Made by a program: the position numbers and the translations under genes. A DNA stretch of 62,591 bases, filler included, from Sphacelaria rigidula (lineage: Eukaryota), in the NCBI GenBank assembly GCA_964200075.2. It is 7 parts of 7 records of this genome, joined end to end, with 100 filler letters (N's around TTAATTAATTAA, not from the genome) between each part and the next. Parts side by side here need not be neighbours in the genome. Positions count along the whole stretch, not along the records: positions 44,782 to 53,636 come from CAXNAA020009928.1; positions 53,737 to 62,591 come from CAXNAA020009929.1; 5 more parts are not named here. One strand, given 5' to 3'. This document shows positions 49,921 to 62,591 of the stretch, piece by piece (position 1 is the stretch's first letter; the number at the start of each line of letters is the position of its first letter). Below the pieces are notes generated by a model. The model had not been told where the DNA came from. It was given only the letters and a program-made list of their open reading frames with translations, and ran no database searches.

Positions 49921-52900
49921 GTTGGGAAATGACAAACACGTTCGTACATCATTAGATTTGTTTTTTTTCGTCGTTCACGATTTTTGCGTTGGCTGTTTCG
50001 TTTGCGTCGACCCGGAGAATCGTACCAAACCTCTCGCATGACGTAGCTACATACATTTTCTGCGATGGGTATCACCCGAGGGTCAGGTCGGTACTATTCC
50101 TTGACGTGCTCGTTGACCCCACCGCGTCTCTTCTTTGGAGGCAGTGATGGAAAAATAGAGGCTGGGCGCAACACTGATCTGCGATGGCAAGCAGGGCATG
50201 TCAGTGAACCAAAATCCAACGGCACGATGGACTCGGGGTTTCAGGAGCGGGCCGTCCCGTCCCTTCCATACGCACTTGCCATGCCGTATCGTGCCCCGTC
50301 CCGTCCCGTTCGTCGTTTTTCCAGACATGGTTCATTCCGTCCCAAACATCACAGGATAGCCATGACTGCGTCTGGTGCTACTTCACGGAATCTCCAGTTA
50401 CAGATTTACGAGGCACCCCGTATATTTTGACGAAACGTCGAACGTTTTTGCCGTAACTCCGATCTTTACGAGATTGAACCTGAAGCCATCTTGCGAAATT
50501 TCGATGTACAGTCATACAACCTCAGTACAGGCAGGACAGTGGTGAATGAACTCTCGCGATCGCCAGAACGGATGGAAGAAAGCCAGCCAGGATTCGCTGC
50601 AGGATCAATAGCTTGACGTTTACGCACACCATGTTGAACTGGGTAGGTAATACATCTTGCAGGTTGCGTAGTACTCTAATACTTATGTTGAGATGCTCGT
50701 TCGTTTTCGCAGAAAAAGGTACGATGCCACCGTGTGAGTGCCGATTACGTAGCACAAAAGGAATAAAACGATAGTGGCGCGTACTACTCCTATCATATCA
50801 TATCGGGTGCTGGTTGGTTGCTGATACTTTTCTTGTGCTTGACGTCTTTGCCGTACAGTAGGTGGACCTATGATGTATAAATGATGCTAGTGCCTAGCCT
50901 GAGCACATGTCATATACTATCGGTCGCCACCGCGCCCCCGGTGGTGTAGTGGTACAGCTGATAACATTCGTAGGTCGGAAAAATGCGGGTTCGATTCTTG
51001 TCAGATGCGTTTCGTTTGTGTCTTTTCTCAGTAGTGCCTGAAATCCTCGGTGAAAAGTAGGTAGCAGTATTGAAGTAGCAAAACAAATTACCATGGGTTG
51101 GATAAGATATAACACTTTCATAAGATACCATGCCTCTTTCGCAAAATTACACAATATCACACCCGTGTGCTTTCAATGAACACCGAAAAAAACGCCAATT
51201 CATCAGACGGGTGACAAAATATAGCACATCTTCTGGGTTGAGTCACGTATCATCCACGAAGTCCCGGCTCATCACACGGGTATGATATAACGCGTGACAA
51301 CGCAAATAAGCGCATCCAACCTGCGTGCCACAGCAGTCTTGCCGAGTCTTAGTGTAATCGGCACACGAACTCGCTCGCGAGGTCAATCTTGGGCTGGGTT
51401 CTCTCCTTCCGTCAAGAAAAAAACAAGAAAAGGTGTGGAGACCGACAATATCATGGATAAAGATGCAGAACACAACCCTGCTAGAAGGTCCGCGCCCCAG
51501 ACTGCAGTGCGTCAGGCTCCAGCGTCGGCTCCACGGTCCATAGAGTCGTTTTTTCAACTCGCTGCCGGAGAAAGTCTGTCTATCATGCCTCATTATTATT
51601 ATCATGCCCCCTGTAAGGATATCCTCTTGGCACCTTTTATCACACGAGCGATATCGTCACACCCCTGAATGTGGGGACCTGTGGGTGCACTCCATCACAC
51701 TGGTGACAGGACATATCACACCCCATACACAAAGTCACACCAGTGATACTGTGTTCACGCCCGCAATATTACCACATGGGTGTGATATTTTCTGCAACCT
51801 ACGGTATGCTTCGCTGAGTTCATCACAAGACAGACGACATGGGGTGTGGGTGCTGATTGAATCTGCGACACAAAAAGTGGGGAGTGTACCACCGGGCAAA
51901 TGGGTTGATCCCTTGAGACGACAGACTCGTCCCGAGAAAAGGAAGGAGTTAGAAGTGAGGAATGAGACCATCACAATACCCTATTCAGATACTGCACTAC
52001 ACTCTGAAGCCCATGATTACAAAGCTGGTGCACCCCCAACAAGTATATTCGGTACAGGTCCCATACTCTGTATAGGCATACTTCATATGGGTTCCCCTAC
52101 TGTGTGCGGTGTAAGCTTCTCCAGTACTCGGTTGGATGCTGCTGTGCAACTAGTTACTCATTTGGGGCGCGATTCGAGTGTAATCGGCGCCTGCCCCATG
52201 TGAGAAGCGGTATACCCTCGATAACACTATGAAGAACTGGCGCTACAGATTGTACTGTCACCGCACTCCTTTTGCCTTGTATATGCACACATTTCCGTTG
52301 GCACGGAACGCGAAATCGCGGAGCAAACGAATCTCGTTACGTGAGGTTCGGGACGGGGCAGGATATTTCGTCCTTCTCGTCCGTCCCGCCAGCCCGTTTG
52401 TTTTTCAAGTGTGGTGGGTCAGTTCCATCTTCCCCCGCTGTCCCATAAAACCCCTGATGGGAAGCGGACCTACTGGAGTAGAATTTCCCAGGTATCATGG
52501 CAGCTTCTGACATGGCGCATCGACGACTGGTGTATGCGGTACTCCACTAGGATCGTACGGTGTGAATACGTGCTGCGGCCGGAGGTCATCTCTTCTGGCT
52601 CGTGAAGAAGGTCGCTATCGTAGCCCTGCTGCAAAAGCATCTCCAAAGCGAGGGGTACTTTGTCTCCCGATATTTAGAGCAAGGATAATCGTGAGCGTGG
52701 GTGGTAGGCAGAGGACAGAGCATGCACAGAATGTCCTCCCGGGTTTTGACGGTGGCTCTATTCTCGTAGGCGTTTTCTACCGTCGGACCCCGTTACCTTG
52801 AGCATCAGATGTTCGTGTGTGCAATGAGGGAATCGGGACCGCTCTCACCCATGTCACTAGCGGACTAGTCTCCCGCGACTTACTCCTCTCCGGTCTACAA

Positions 52901-53573
52901 CTGTACACAAGTGTTCACTATGCTCGTGTATACTGTGGCTTCCACATTTAATTTTGCTGTCTGGCAACAACGTTGTGGGTTTGGGACCTTTCGTGTCTTG
53001 GGCACACGATCATGTCGGTGAAATACCAAAATACCAAACTCCGAACTGCTATTAGTAAGGAGACGCACCCTTATGATGGATACTGAGGCGCAAACCTCCA
53101 ACCTACATATAGTGAGAGGAACGCTACTTACGGCTACTTACGCAATGCTGACATAGAAACGAGCTCCAGTCACCAACCTACGTGTGGATGCACAACACCA
53201 TCATCCCGAACTGCTTCTATCTCTCTTCCGTCTTTTGTACACTGTTGTACTTTACTGTAATGTGCGATACGTCGTGCAGCACACGACTCACCTCTTCATT
53301 ATGCCGTCCGGTCTTCCAATAGGCGTACGCCATGGTGAGCTGGTACATATCCGTGAGCAACGCCTGCAGACACAAATGCAGTCGACACGCACAGTCCGTA
53401 AACGTCATGGTCAACTACGCACGTCAGTACGTGTTTGTGTCACCGATTATCGTGCGCACCCAATAGCCTGATCCGGCGAAAACCCGGCGTGCTCCGTCCC
53501 GGCTTTGTAGGGATGCGAGGTCTATCGTTATATAACTCCGGCATGCAATTCCAGGAGTCACCATGAGCCGGTC

Positions 53574-53636
53574 GCCCCGGTGGCTCAGTTGGTAACCTCG
53601 TAACCTTCTGATGGTTGAGTTGGGGGGTTCGATTCC
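53574..53636 (+). mobile_element. tRNA-like Pol III head (probable SINE 5' end) cut by contig end
   Basis: A box TGGCTCAGTTGG and B box GGTTCGATTCC, but no good anticodon arm. Confidence 0.5.
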
Positions 53637-53736
53637 NNNNNNNNNNNNNNNNNNNNNNNNNNNNNNNNNNNNNNNNNNNNTTAATTAATTAANNNNNNNN
53701 NNNNNNNNNNNNNNNNNNNNNNNNNNNNNNNNNNNN
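53637..53736. other. Artificial contig linker
   Basis: 44 N + TTAATTAATTAA + 44 N. Confidence 0.99.
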
Positions 53737-54553
53737 TTCGACTGCATGTTTTCGATCGAAAAAAAAATGTTTTTTCACTCGTTGTATTCTTCTCGGCGCG
53801 CCGCTAATTATAATTTTGAGTTGAAGCCTTCGAGGAACATAAATGCGGTGGACCTATCAGATAGGCAGAAAAAACTTTCGATCGCACTTTTTCGATCGAA
53901 AAAAAAAGGTGCTAAGACACGCCCTCAGCAGGCATCGAAACTGCGCGCCGTAGATTCTGGAGTGGAGAGAGATGACTGCACTACTGCATCCAGCCACTGA
54001 TTTTGGAAGTTTGCATGTACGTTGCACTAGCAGCACTTCCCAGAAGTAGAGTACAGATGTGACGGTGTGACAGGCAGTGCAACATCGAGACATGATGGGG
54101 AGATGTGCCAGCATTGCCCCGGAGGCGTGCTAACACGAAATCGTCGTCGAAGTAGTCCACCCCGGACAGTTTTAGAAACTGCTAAACCCTAACCCCCACC
54201 CCAAACCCTGGGCATCAGAAATAAATGTCGTGATGAAACACTACTCGTACGGGGTACTATTAATAGATAACACCAATAAGGGGCACTTTTCGAAAGAAGG
54301 CGTTATTTGGGAAAACGTGTGGATCGGCGGGTAGCTCGATTCGGAGTACCCGACGCACTGGGTACCTTTGGGTACCCGCCAGTTTTTGTTTCCAATACTG
54401 TCATGTCACGCTAACTTTGGGTGCAAATCACGCTTTGGCATCGCAGGATTCGATTTGCCTCGTATGACAGCGAGGGAAAGGGTACGGAAACGGCGAAGAA
54501 TATATGTATCGTTTTTTTCCAGCCACAATGAAGAACACTCAGTACAACAGTAC

Positions 54554-54710
54554 CCGGTTTGTATCCGTTTTCCTTAAACACGGCAATGAACGGGGTCTTC
54601 AACTGCATCGAATACTCAAACATGCCTCCCTGAGTACTGGGTACAGTGCCGAGTGCGTAAAAGTACCAGCCAGCTGGTGCCACCTTGTTGTAGCCGTAAA
54701 GAAGAAGCGT
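54554..54710 (-). CDS. Candidate exon of an unidentified gene (TLLLYGYNKVAPAGWYFYALGTVPSTQGGMFEYSMQLKTPFIAVFKENGYKP)
   Basis: 157-nt open stretch bounded by CAG and GT, with protein-like composition. Confidence 0.35.
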
Positions 54711-55602
54711 CTGCCACGCAACAGTCGATCGGTCGCAGCATGCCGTTGTACTACCACTGTACTGTACAGGCATATTGGGCAAATGTGATGGAGACGCGGT
54801 TTTTACAAAATTCTGAGCGATTCCCGTGGCTGCGCGAACGGTCGCCCTGCGGTTCACAACAAGATAATGGTCAGTCTAGGACTGCATCATATTGGCTCAA
54901 GAACAGGTCGTGATATATCTTGATTTCAGTATTCCTCGGAAATACTACCTCCCATCCACCCCCACCCTCCATTTTCGCCGGGACTTTCAGGCGGTAACTT
55001 TGTTCCGAACGGAAACGTCGCATTCGAGAGGTTGGGCGAATATATTTCCAACAATCGTTTTCCAGTTTTCATGATACTCCTCTGCACATAACTTCACAGT
55101 AATGCTGTGCGGCGTAATAGTGTTTTTTATTTGAACCAGACAACGGGTAGCCGGCACGTGCCAATGGTGTAAAGGTACAACTGAGATCAGCAGGGCGGAA
55201 AGAAACGCTGGTTCAATTTCCGCCAAAGACGTTTCGATTTCAGAAAGTTTCGGAAACACAAAACCCGCCGGAAAAACTCACGGTCAGGGTTTAGAAGTTG
55301 GGATTTAAGGCCAGGATATGACGAATTCCCCTGGGTGAACCCCGAAAACTGGACCCTGAGAAGAGACATGCGCAGCAACTCAGGTTTAATTTTCATATTT
55401 TCAAATAAACCCTGAGTTGCTAGACGCCCCAAAGCGTTGGTGCCACACTCAGGGCTATGAAACAGAACTAGACACCCTGCCCCATAACCCCATGACGACC
55501 AAGCTTACAAAACACAGCCGTAGGACAAATATCGTAAGTGAGGCGATGGCGGATGTCGTGAACGCCCGCGACAGCGCTGGTGATGGCAGCTCGTTCACGA
55601 GG

Positions 55603-55908
55603 GTGATCCAAGACTACGAGGAACACTTGGAGGCGAACGGGGGAGCCGAGACACCAGTCGACCTAGCTTATGATGATGCGAAAGGGCGGGAGTCGGCCGC
55701 TCAAGCAGCTGCTATGAGGACTTGACAAAATGGTCACCCAACGTGGAGCTTGCGTTAGCTCGCGCAGGTACACCACCGTTGTGTGGCCATTTTGTCGAGA
55801 TCCTCGTGGCGGCTGCATGAGCGGCCCACTTCAGCCCTTCCACGTCATCACTAGCCAGGTTGACCGGTGTCTCTGTTCCCCCGTTCGCCTTCACGTAGCC
55901 AGGATCAC
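55603..55908. repeat. Long imperfect inverted repeat (~140-bp arms), hairpin RNA candidate
   Basis: gtgatcc..aggcgaacggggga..gacaaaatggtcacccaacg pairs with cgttgtgtggccattttgtc..tcccccgttcgcct..ggatcac. Confidence 0.8.
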
Positions 55909-57684
55909 TGCGTTTAGTGAACCTTCATCGAGAACTATTGTACTTTCTCGAAGTATGCAAACGCACACACACGGACATATGCACACTTTTACTACAGACA
56001 GTAGAACAGTACAGAACACTTACTACAGAAAGTATGCAAAACTGTCTACAGACAGTGCAACAACAGTACTACAGTACAAAACAGTACAACTATCAACTGT
56101 CTCAACTCAAAAGTGCGGTATGACACACCCACATGTGCAGGACTTGGGGATGACTAGCGGGCGCCGAGGTACACTGCCTGTGTGCCCAACGCTGTGTACT
56201 GTGCCGGGTTCGTATCCGGAGGCTGTGTTGACGATACTGTGTGTGAGTTGTCGTCCCATCAATTCTGGCCGCCGGTCTACACCTCGCGGTATATGTGGGC
56301 GCACCAGCCGGGATCACACAGGAGGAGGGCCAACACAGGAGTTTTTTTCCTTTTTTGTTTGTTTTCAGTACCCCACCATTCTTATGCGGTGCTTGCCTTT
56401 ATATTTCGTCGCGAGAGGGGTTCAGCAGTCCCTTTCCCTCGTCGACCGTTAAGTCGAATATACTGCTGTCGCGTATTCAACGGTACGGGGACAGCATAAA
56501 CATGTAAAGTGATGCTAGGATAGGACGAGGGATATTTTGGGCCGTTGCTTTCACTAAATTCAACTTCGAATCGATTTTAGGAGCAACGATCTTCAGAAAG
56601 GGCGTGTTATAGATTAATGACGCTCATCCATACTGCTTGACGCCGTTTTACCCAAATACAAGCGCACGACGAGTGTGTCAGATTGTCCGAAACATCTATG
56701 AGTCTTTTTCCCCTGGAATCAAACACCCAACCTATCGTAGCACGGCTCTGTGCATGCTCTCCCGCGCTGTAAGGGTAACATCGCATGGGTGGGCGCAGAG
56801 TAAAAGCGCAGAAAAGCACGGCGCGACTTGTACCTTTTTAACTCATGACACCGACCACGTGGCATTCGGAACAGAAAATATAAAACCCTGAAAAGTTGGC
56901 CACGGTCCACACCTACGTGGTAAAAAATAATGAAACAAACCTGGGGTCCAAGCGTACACAATCAAGTCGTTTCTCGCTTTTATCCCTGAGTTCTGATTTT
57001 TTTTCCCGAAAATCTCTTTTTTCTTCACAGTATCTGCTTTTCTTGGCAGATCTGAAGTTTTTTTTTTGTTTAATCCAGTTGAACTCGAGGAATCTGCTTT
57101 TCATGTTTTTCTTGACGTCTCTATTATTTTGTTCATTTTGGTAATATTTGAGCTGATTGCGTTTGTTCATGTAACTAACGTAGAGTCTCTGAAAAGATTA
57201 TGGAGGACTCCATCTCTTGTAAGGGATAGCAGGGACGGTATTGGAAAGACGAGCCTACGTCTGTGACCACGGGTTCGAGAGATCGGACTAATGCGCGGAA
57301 ACGATAGTAATAGTAATAATAATAATCTGATTTTCCCGGCCTTGAAAGCCTTTAACCTAAGGACGTGACTAGAAAATCAGGTTGTTTGGCTTTTTTGTTA
57401 GACAGAGTTGACGTGGTGCGGGATTGCTAATCCAATCCGCGAAATCAATATGCACAACGTGTGCCGGGAGAGAGATGGATTAACTAATCCCTTGAGACCA
57501 TGGATTCCTCCCGAAGAAGGGCAGGGATTCAAACTGCGACGGGAACACCCCCCGAGGAAACAGACGTGTGGGGAATGCCGTACTGTGCACACCCTTAACT
57601 TCTGTGCGGGAGAATGATCACCCTCTGAAATATATATATATATATATATTCTTGGCTTCCACTATCCTTTTCCCTTCCGCTAAG

Positions 57685-57813
57685 GTGACTGGACGAGGCG
57701 AAATTAACGGGCGACCAGTGTTCGTGTTCAGTCAGGACTTCACCGTCTTCGGAGGCAGTCTCTCGGAGACGTACGCGCAGAAGATATGCAAGATCATGGA
57801 CCAAGCCACGCAG
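57685..57813 (+). CDS. PCCB: Propionyl-CoA carboxylase beta chain, internal exon (gene partial: 5' and 3' exons outside contig)
   Basis: [45 protein letters not shown] bounded, phase 0-0. Confidence 0.93.
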
Positions 57814-59260
57814 GTTCGACTTCTTCTGAAATCTACTACAATGGTGTACTGTTGGAGTCGAAGTCAAAATCGTACTCTATATTCACCTCCGAGGTACTGA
57901 CTGGCCGCGGGGGAGAGATGGGATAGTTCCTTGAGACCACGGACTCGTCCCGAGGGACGGGAGGGGTTAAAAGTGCGACAAAAAAAAAAAATCACCACCA
58001 AGGTACTGACTGTGATCGCGGCTGTGGTGTCCTTTACACACCCTGGACAACATCAGGTCGATAGTTGCAGGAGGCAGAAAATATACTGTGTAAAGTATAG
58101 GCCTATCGCAACTATTATCGGCGGACAACAGCTGCAATAGGTCTGTACTCCACGCATTATAATTTTTGCCTACTGCAACTATTGACCATATATTTGTCAT
58201 TGTCCAGGGTGTGGTGTACTTGCGGTACCTGCGCTTACGAGACAACTACCGGTGTAGCTAGCATGTGGAGTACAGTAAGTAGCAGGTGAATATCAGGTTA
58301 GATCATCTGACAACGGGTTGGAGGATGATCGTTGAATGCGTAACATATTGTGTTTGCAGGGAGAGCGAAGCAGGGATCACTTATGGTTTAACGAAGACAG
58401 CTGTTTGTGTAACTGCTTGAGCCTTGAAGTCTCTGGAGCCCTTGACAGGAAGGAAGCCTCTGGAGCAGCCATGTGACCTTGTTCTGATTTCAGACAAGTC
58501 TAGTAGATCTATTAAGCCAGCAGTAGTGTTGGTTCGATTTTGATTGATTGATTGATTGTCGCACTTGAATTGATCCCCCAGGTAGTCATGATCCAGTCGT
58601 GGTCATTATCCACATGATATTGGTGCGTGGTCATAACGCAACGCTTATAAAAGAGGATAGTGTGGGGGAAAAAAAGCGACATTTTTCTCTGCGAAAAATC
58701 CCGAAGCAGTTTTCACCATGATAGTACTTTCTTTCGCTATATATGCGTTTTGTGTCTTCGCTGTGTAGTATATATATATATATATATATTTACGTTTGTA
58801 TACGCTGCAAGATGTGTGAAAAGTTGAACAGATTTCTTCTCCCTCCGATACCTGTGGCTTTACTCAGACAAATTATGGGTGAGAGCTCATGCCCAGGTGG
58901 TATGATCCGAGTAGCTGAGCCACAGTTTTCTCCCTCGGCCTTTTATTTGATTTTATTTCATTTTTGTGCATGGGTGCATGCGTTTTGCGAACAATCTTTC
59001 TTCACCTTAGGTCATGCTGCAGAGGCCGGCCCTTTCTGGAATTTATTTCGCTGTTCATCGTATTTCATTATCTTACTTTTACTATTCTAGTTCTTCTCTG
59101 TTCCTTTTCGTATCCCTTCCTGCTTGGCTTTGGTTCCTTTTTGCTTCTGCTTCTGTTTCTGTTTCTGTTTCTGTATTTATTTTTGTTCGTTTAGGTGTTA
59201 TTTTGTTTCTCAGTTTACTCCTTTTTGTTCGCCCTATACATTGGTTTTGCTTCCACCCTT

Positions 59261-59511
59261 GACACTTTGTACGATAGCCCCCCCCCCCAAAACCAGCCCA
59301 AAAGTGTCACGAAACAAATGGCTATACAGCGCCTGATGTTTGGGTTCAGCCTGCATGAAGCGCCTCATATTGGCGACATCGGCGAGAACGAACCCAAGCG
59401 TGGGAATTCCCAGCTACTTTTTGTGCTCGGCTTTCTCCTTTTCGATTTACGTCAACATTTTTCCATCCCAAACCATGGACTTTTGGGGGGGGAGCTATCG
59501 TAGAAGGCGTC
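59261..59511. mobile_element. MITE family A copy in PCCB intron
   Basis: TIRs gacactttgtacgatagcccc / ggagctatcgtagaaggcgtc. Confidence 0.85.
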
Positions 59512-59814
59512 ACTTTTTTTTTTTCTTCAGCGAGAGTTTCCTTGTACTTGTCGTTGGGTTCATCCATCCAGTGACCTGATTACGGCTGAGTCCCTCGGGG
59601 ATCGCTAATTCATGGCAATAAAACAAAATGGTGCAGCAGCGGGGCTGTCGGGTGGTCGGTGTCAACGATCCTGGAGTGGCGCCCATTCAGGATTGGGTGG
59701 GGTCGTGCCGTCAAATTTTTCGTGCTTTCCGTGCTTTCCGTGCTTTCCGTGATTTTTCTTGGCGCAATTTCTTCCTACTTTCTTATCGCATCTCCTCCAA
59801 TGTTTGTGCCGCAG

Positions 59815-60043
59815 CTGGGTTGTCCGGTGATCGGCCTCAACGACTCCGGAGGGGCACGCATCCAGGAAGGAGTGGACTCTCTCGCGGGATACGCAGAAGT
59901 ATTTCAGCGCAACGTCGATGCGTCAGGGGTCGTGCCGCAGCTTTCCGTGGTCATGGGGCCCTGCGCGGGGGGAGCGGTGTACTCCCCCGCCATGACGGAC
60001 TTCATTTTTATGGTTCAAGGGACGTCGTACATGTTCGTGACCG
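59815..60043 (+). CDS. PCCB: PCCB internal exon
   Basis: [67 protein letters not shown]...YMFVT; phase 0-1. Confidence 0.95.
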
Positions 60044-60917
60044 GTGGGTCCTTTTGTTTTGTAGGTGTTGCTCGTGTGTTTTGGTCGTTTCGGTGTTGGG
60101 TTTGCTCGGCTAGCTAGCGATACTGTGAATTCGGAATTGTTTCGTAGGACGCAGAGTATATATACTTTTTCCACTCGAAATTTGTAGAATCAGTGGATCC
60201 TTGTATAAGAAATAGGTCACTCATAGGAAATATCTCCCAACTTCTTTGTTGTTAAGACAACGCGGGTGGGGGGTGGGGTGTTCTTTGGGGGGTGTTACTA
60301 GTCGTAATGAGTAGTTGGGAGGGAAACTGAGGATATTCTATGGTTAATGAGAAGGATCACAGTGGGATCGATTTACCTGATATATCGATGGGCCATACCC
60401 TGGGGCCGTGTGCTCGTGACACCAACCGCTTAGTCCTTGGCCTGTTCAAAATTAATAGTATCGTTTCTCTCGGAATTAGCGTCGGGGACTAATATCTGTC
60501 GATCCCCGAATATTAGAATTAAAGGTCCAACACGATCAATAGTCGTACCCGAACAACGTGAACACATGGGTATCAACCAAATAATAATATTTTGATCATT
60601 GAATACTACCCACGTACCTTAACCCTGACGCGCCTTTTACTCAAGCAAGCCTCTGACGACCCGGGTGGATCATCTGTTGAATCAGCAACGTTTTCGCTTC
60701 GGGAATGACTGTAAGGCCCGCATGACCCACCTTGCTGGCCAACGGGTCAGAGTAACTCTTGACAGTCGTGCTCTTGACCGCAGTTGTTTAAGATAAACTA
60801 GGCAGTTAGGACCTGCAACCTTGAACTTTCCACGCTTAAGTTACCGTGATGCCGTACGTACCCCCATCTTTCATCATCGTGTGCCCTTTGTTTATTTATC
60901 GCCCGCTGGAAATTCAG

Positions 60918-61088
60918 GTCCGGACGTGGTGAAGACTGTAACTCAAGAGGAGGTGACACAGGAGGTACTGGGCGGCGCTACCTCGCACACCACCTTGTCG
61001 GGCGTGGCGCATGCCTCCTTCCAGAATGATTTAGAGGCGCTACGTGCCACGAGGGAGCTACTCGCCTTTCTGCCTCAGAGTAACAAGG
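60918..61088 (+). CDS. PCCB: PCCB internal exon
   Basis: [32 protein letters not shown]...[10 protein letters not shown]; phase 1-1. Confidence 0.95.
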
Positions 61089-62257
61089 GTGAGTAAAAAG
61101 AATAAGCAATTTCCGCGAAGATATATCACGTGCTCTGAGAGGAAAAAAAGCGAGAGATGAAAATATGAAAAAAAAAACGATCCTATGAGTACATAGGAGG
61201 AGACAAGCGCTATAATTGTGGAAGAGCGAGACAAGGAAACGACATGCGTTTGTGTAGATGTAAAGTATCCCCGATTTGCTCACGAAGGCCTTGGGCAAAG
61301 TATACCGATCTTGTTAGCACGACTGGATTACCCGGGGGTCGGTTCATGTGCGATAATCACGATCAATCAATCAACCAATCAATCAAGCTTTACGCATTGG
61401 TCGAAAAAATGGTTGATCACTTGTTTTCAGAGTGAACAACGGTATTCGAATCGTCAGAGGGGCTGACAGTCCCAAGTGCTCCTGGCTTGCCTAGAACGTG
61501 TTTTTCTCCAGATCGGCGCCGGCCGAGTTTTCAGGTCTACCAATGTACACTTTGCCTAGAGTAATATGTGCACCCCCCATGATCGAGGGTACTCGTATGC
61601 TCAGGTTGGAGTTAGGGATAGGGAGGGTTAGCGTTGGAGCAAAATAATAAATTTCCGAGAACGCTCTGTCGACCAGGTTTACGACCAATGCGTGGGCACA
61701 ATTGCAACCAATGGTAGCTGTCGACGGGAGGCGCGAAGGTGCTGACACGGTTAACGAAAAACTAACGTTTCTGCGAGCGATTGGGCGACAGCCGCCTTGG
61801 CTTTGAACGCGTTCTGTTTTCCGGCGTTCCCTATCGACCACCACCACCTTTCGGGCATGCCGTGTTGTTATGTGCGTCTGCTTCGCCACACGCTCGTTTT
61901 GTGTTTCTTTGTGTGAGATATCCGACAAAATGAGAGAGAATAGCCCAGTAACATTTCTGAACCCGCATCAGGTATTCTCATGATTCAGCAGTGAGGATTT
62001 AATTGACTCACGTCCTACTTGACGTCAAAATCCATGTTGCCTTCCACCACGTCGAGGCGAAGGGGTTCAATATTCGTCTTTGTCATACTCCACTGGTATC
62101 GTGTTTTACCCGCCTTCACCGAGGTAAATAGAACGCTGTCCGCCCACCACAATGGTCCGCTTACTCTCAGCGTCAGAAAAAAAGGAAGGCTTACGTTGTC
62201 CCCCCGAAGTTGAACTACTTTGTCAATCTCGTGTGCTGCGCGGTTCGCATATCTCAG

Positions 62258-62373
62258 AGAAACCCCCGGTGCGGAGGACTACCGACAGTCGTGACCGTGT
62301 GGACGAGAGCTTGCGCTACTTGCTGCCACAGGACTCCAACATGCCGTACGACATGAAGAATGTTGTCAAGAAG
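62258..62373 (+). CDS. PCCB: PCCB internal exon
   Basis: EKPPVRRTTDSRDRVDESLRYLLPQDSNMPYDMKNVVKK; phase 1-0. Confidence 0.9.
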
Positions 62374-62591
62374 GTCGGATGCAAAAAGCAATATCTTATT
62401 GTGTATGCATGAGTAGCTCCCCGTCAATGTTGGAGGTGTCTCTATTGGGAGTAGGAACGGTACTCCGTCTCGGAAGGGATGCGTGGTCAATGGTCGACCA
62501 ACTAAGGCAGGCAACAAATGAGTACGCTTCTTCTCCAACAAGTTGTATACTACGAGTGATGTCGCTTTAACACCCCTCCCCCCCTCTCGCC

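Noticed and set aside
52400..52800. Ankyrin-like AAAGGHL fragment
   Set aside because: A single short motif in stop-ridden frames is insufficient support.
53574..53636. Functional tRNA gene
   Set aside because: No clean anticodon stem, truncated at the contig end, and similar to the SINE heads seen elsewhere.
54463..54485. MTARERV as the PCCB N-terminal TARER motif
   Set aside because: Flanking residues do not match (no GK before, no LLD..SF after); likely chance.

Overview
Eukaryotic, repeat-rich nuclear DNA. It is most likely from a brown alga or related stramenopile; this is an inference from roughly balanced GC, intron-rich GT-AG genes, a flagellar dynein subunit, TTAGGG-like tracts and Ngaro/RTE elements. 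The window is NOT contiguous. Six identical 100-nt linkers (44 N + TTAATTAATTAA + 44 N) join seven contigs of 8857, 8856, 8856, 8856, 8856, 8855 and 8855 bp, i.e. a size-sorted concatenation, so neighbouring segments are unrelated. Contig 1 holds a decayed DIRS-order (Ngaro-like) tyrosine-recombinase retrotransposon (RT, RNase H, YR, ~260-bp direct repeats) with a ~24-unit 27-bp array, plus an orphan ORF. Contig 2 holds a decayed intron-poor minus-strand coding tract with SNF2/RING helicase remnants, MITEs and an RTE LINE fragment. Contigs 3-4 are mostly MITEs, SINEs and minisatellites, including an 888-bp foldback element and a MITE split by a local inversion. Contig 5 holds an intact 5-exon axonemal dynein light chain p28/DNALI1-like gene. 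Contig 6 holds a decayed RTE LINE and a possible HNH remnant. Contig 7 holds four internal exons of propionyl-CoA carboxylase beta (PCCB), a duplicated pseudo-exon and a long hairpin made from an inverted coding-like duplication. No CRISPR array, rRNA or convincing tRNA gene was found.
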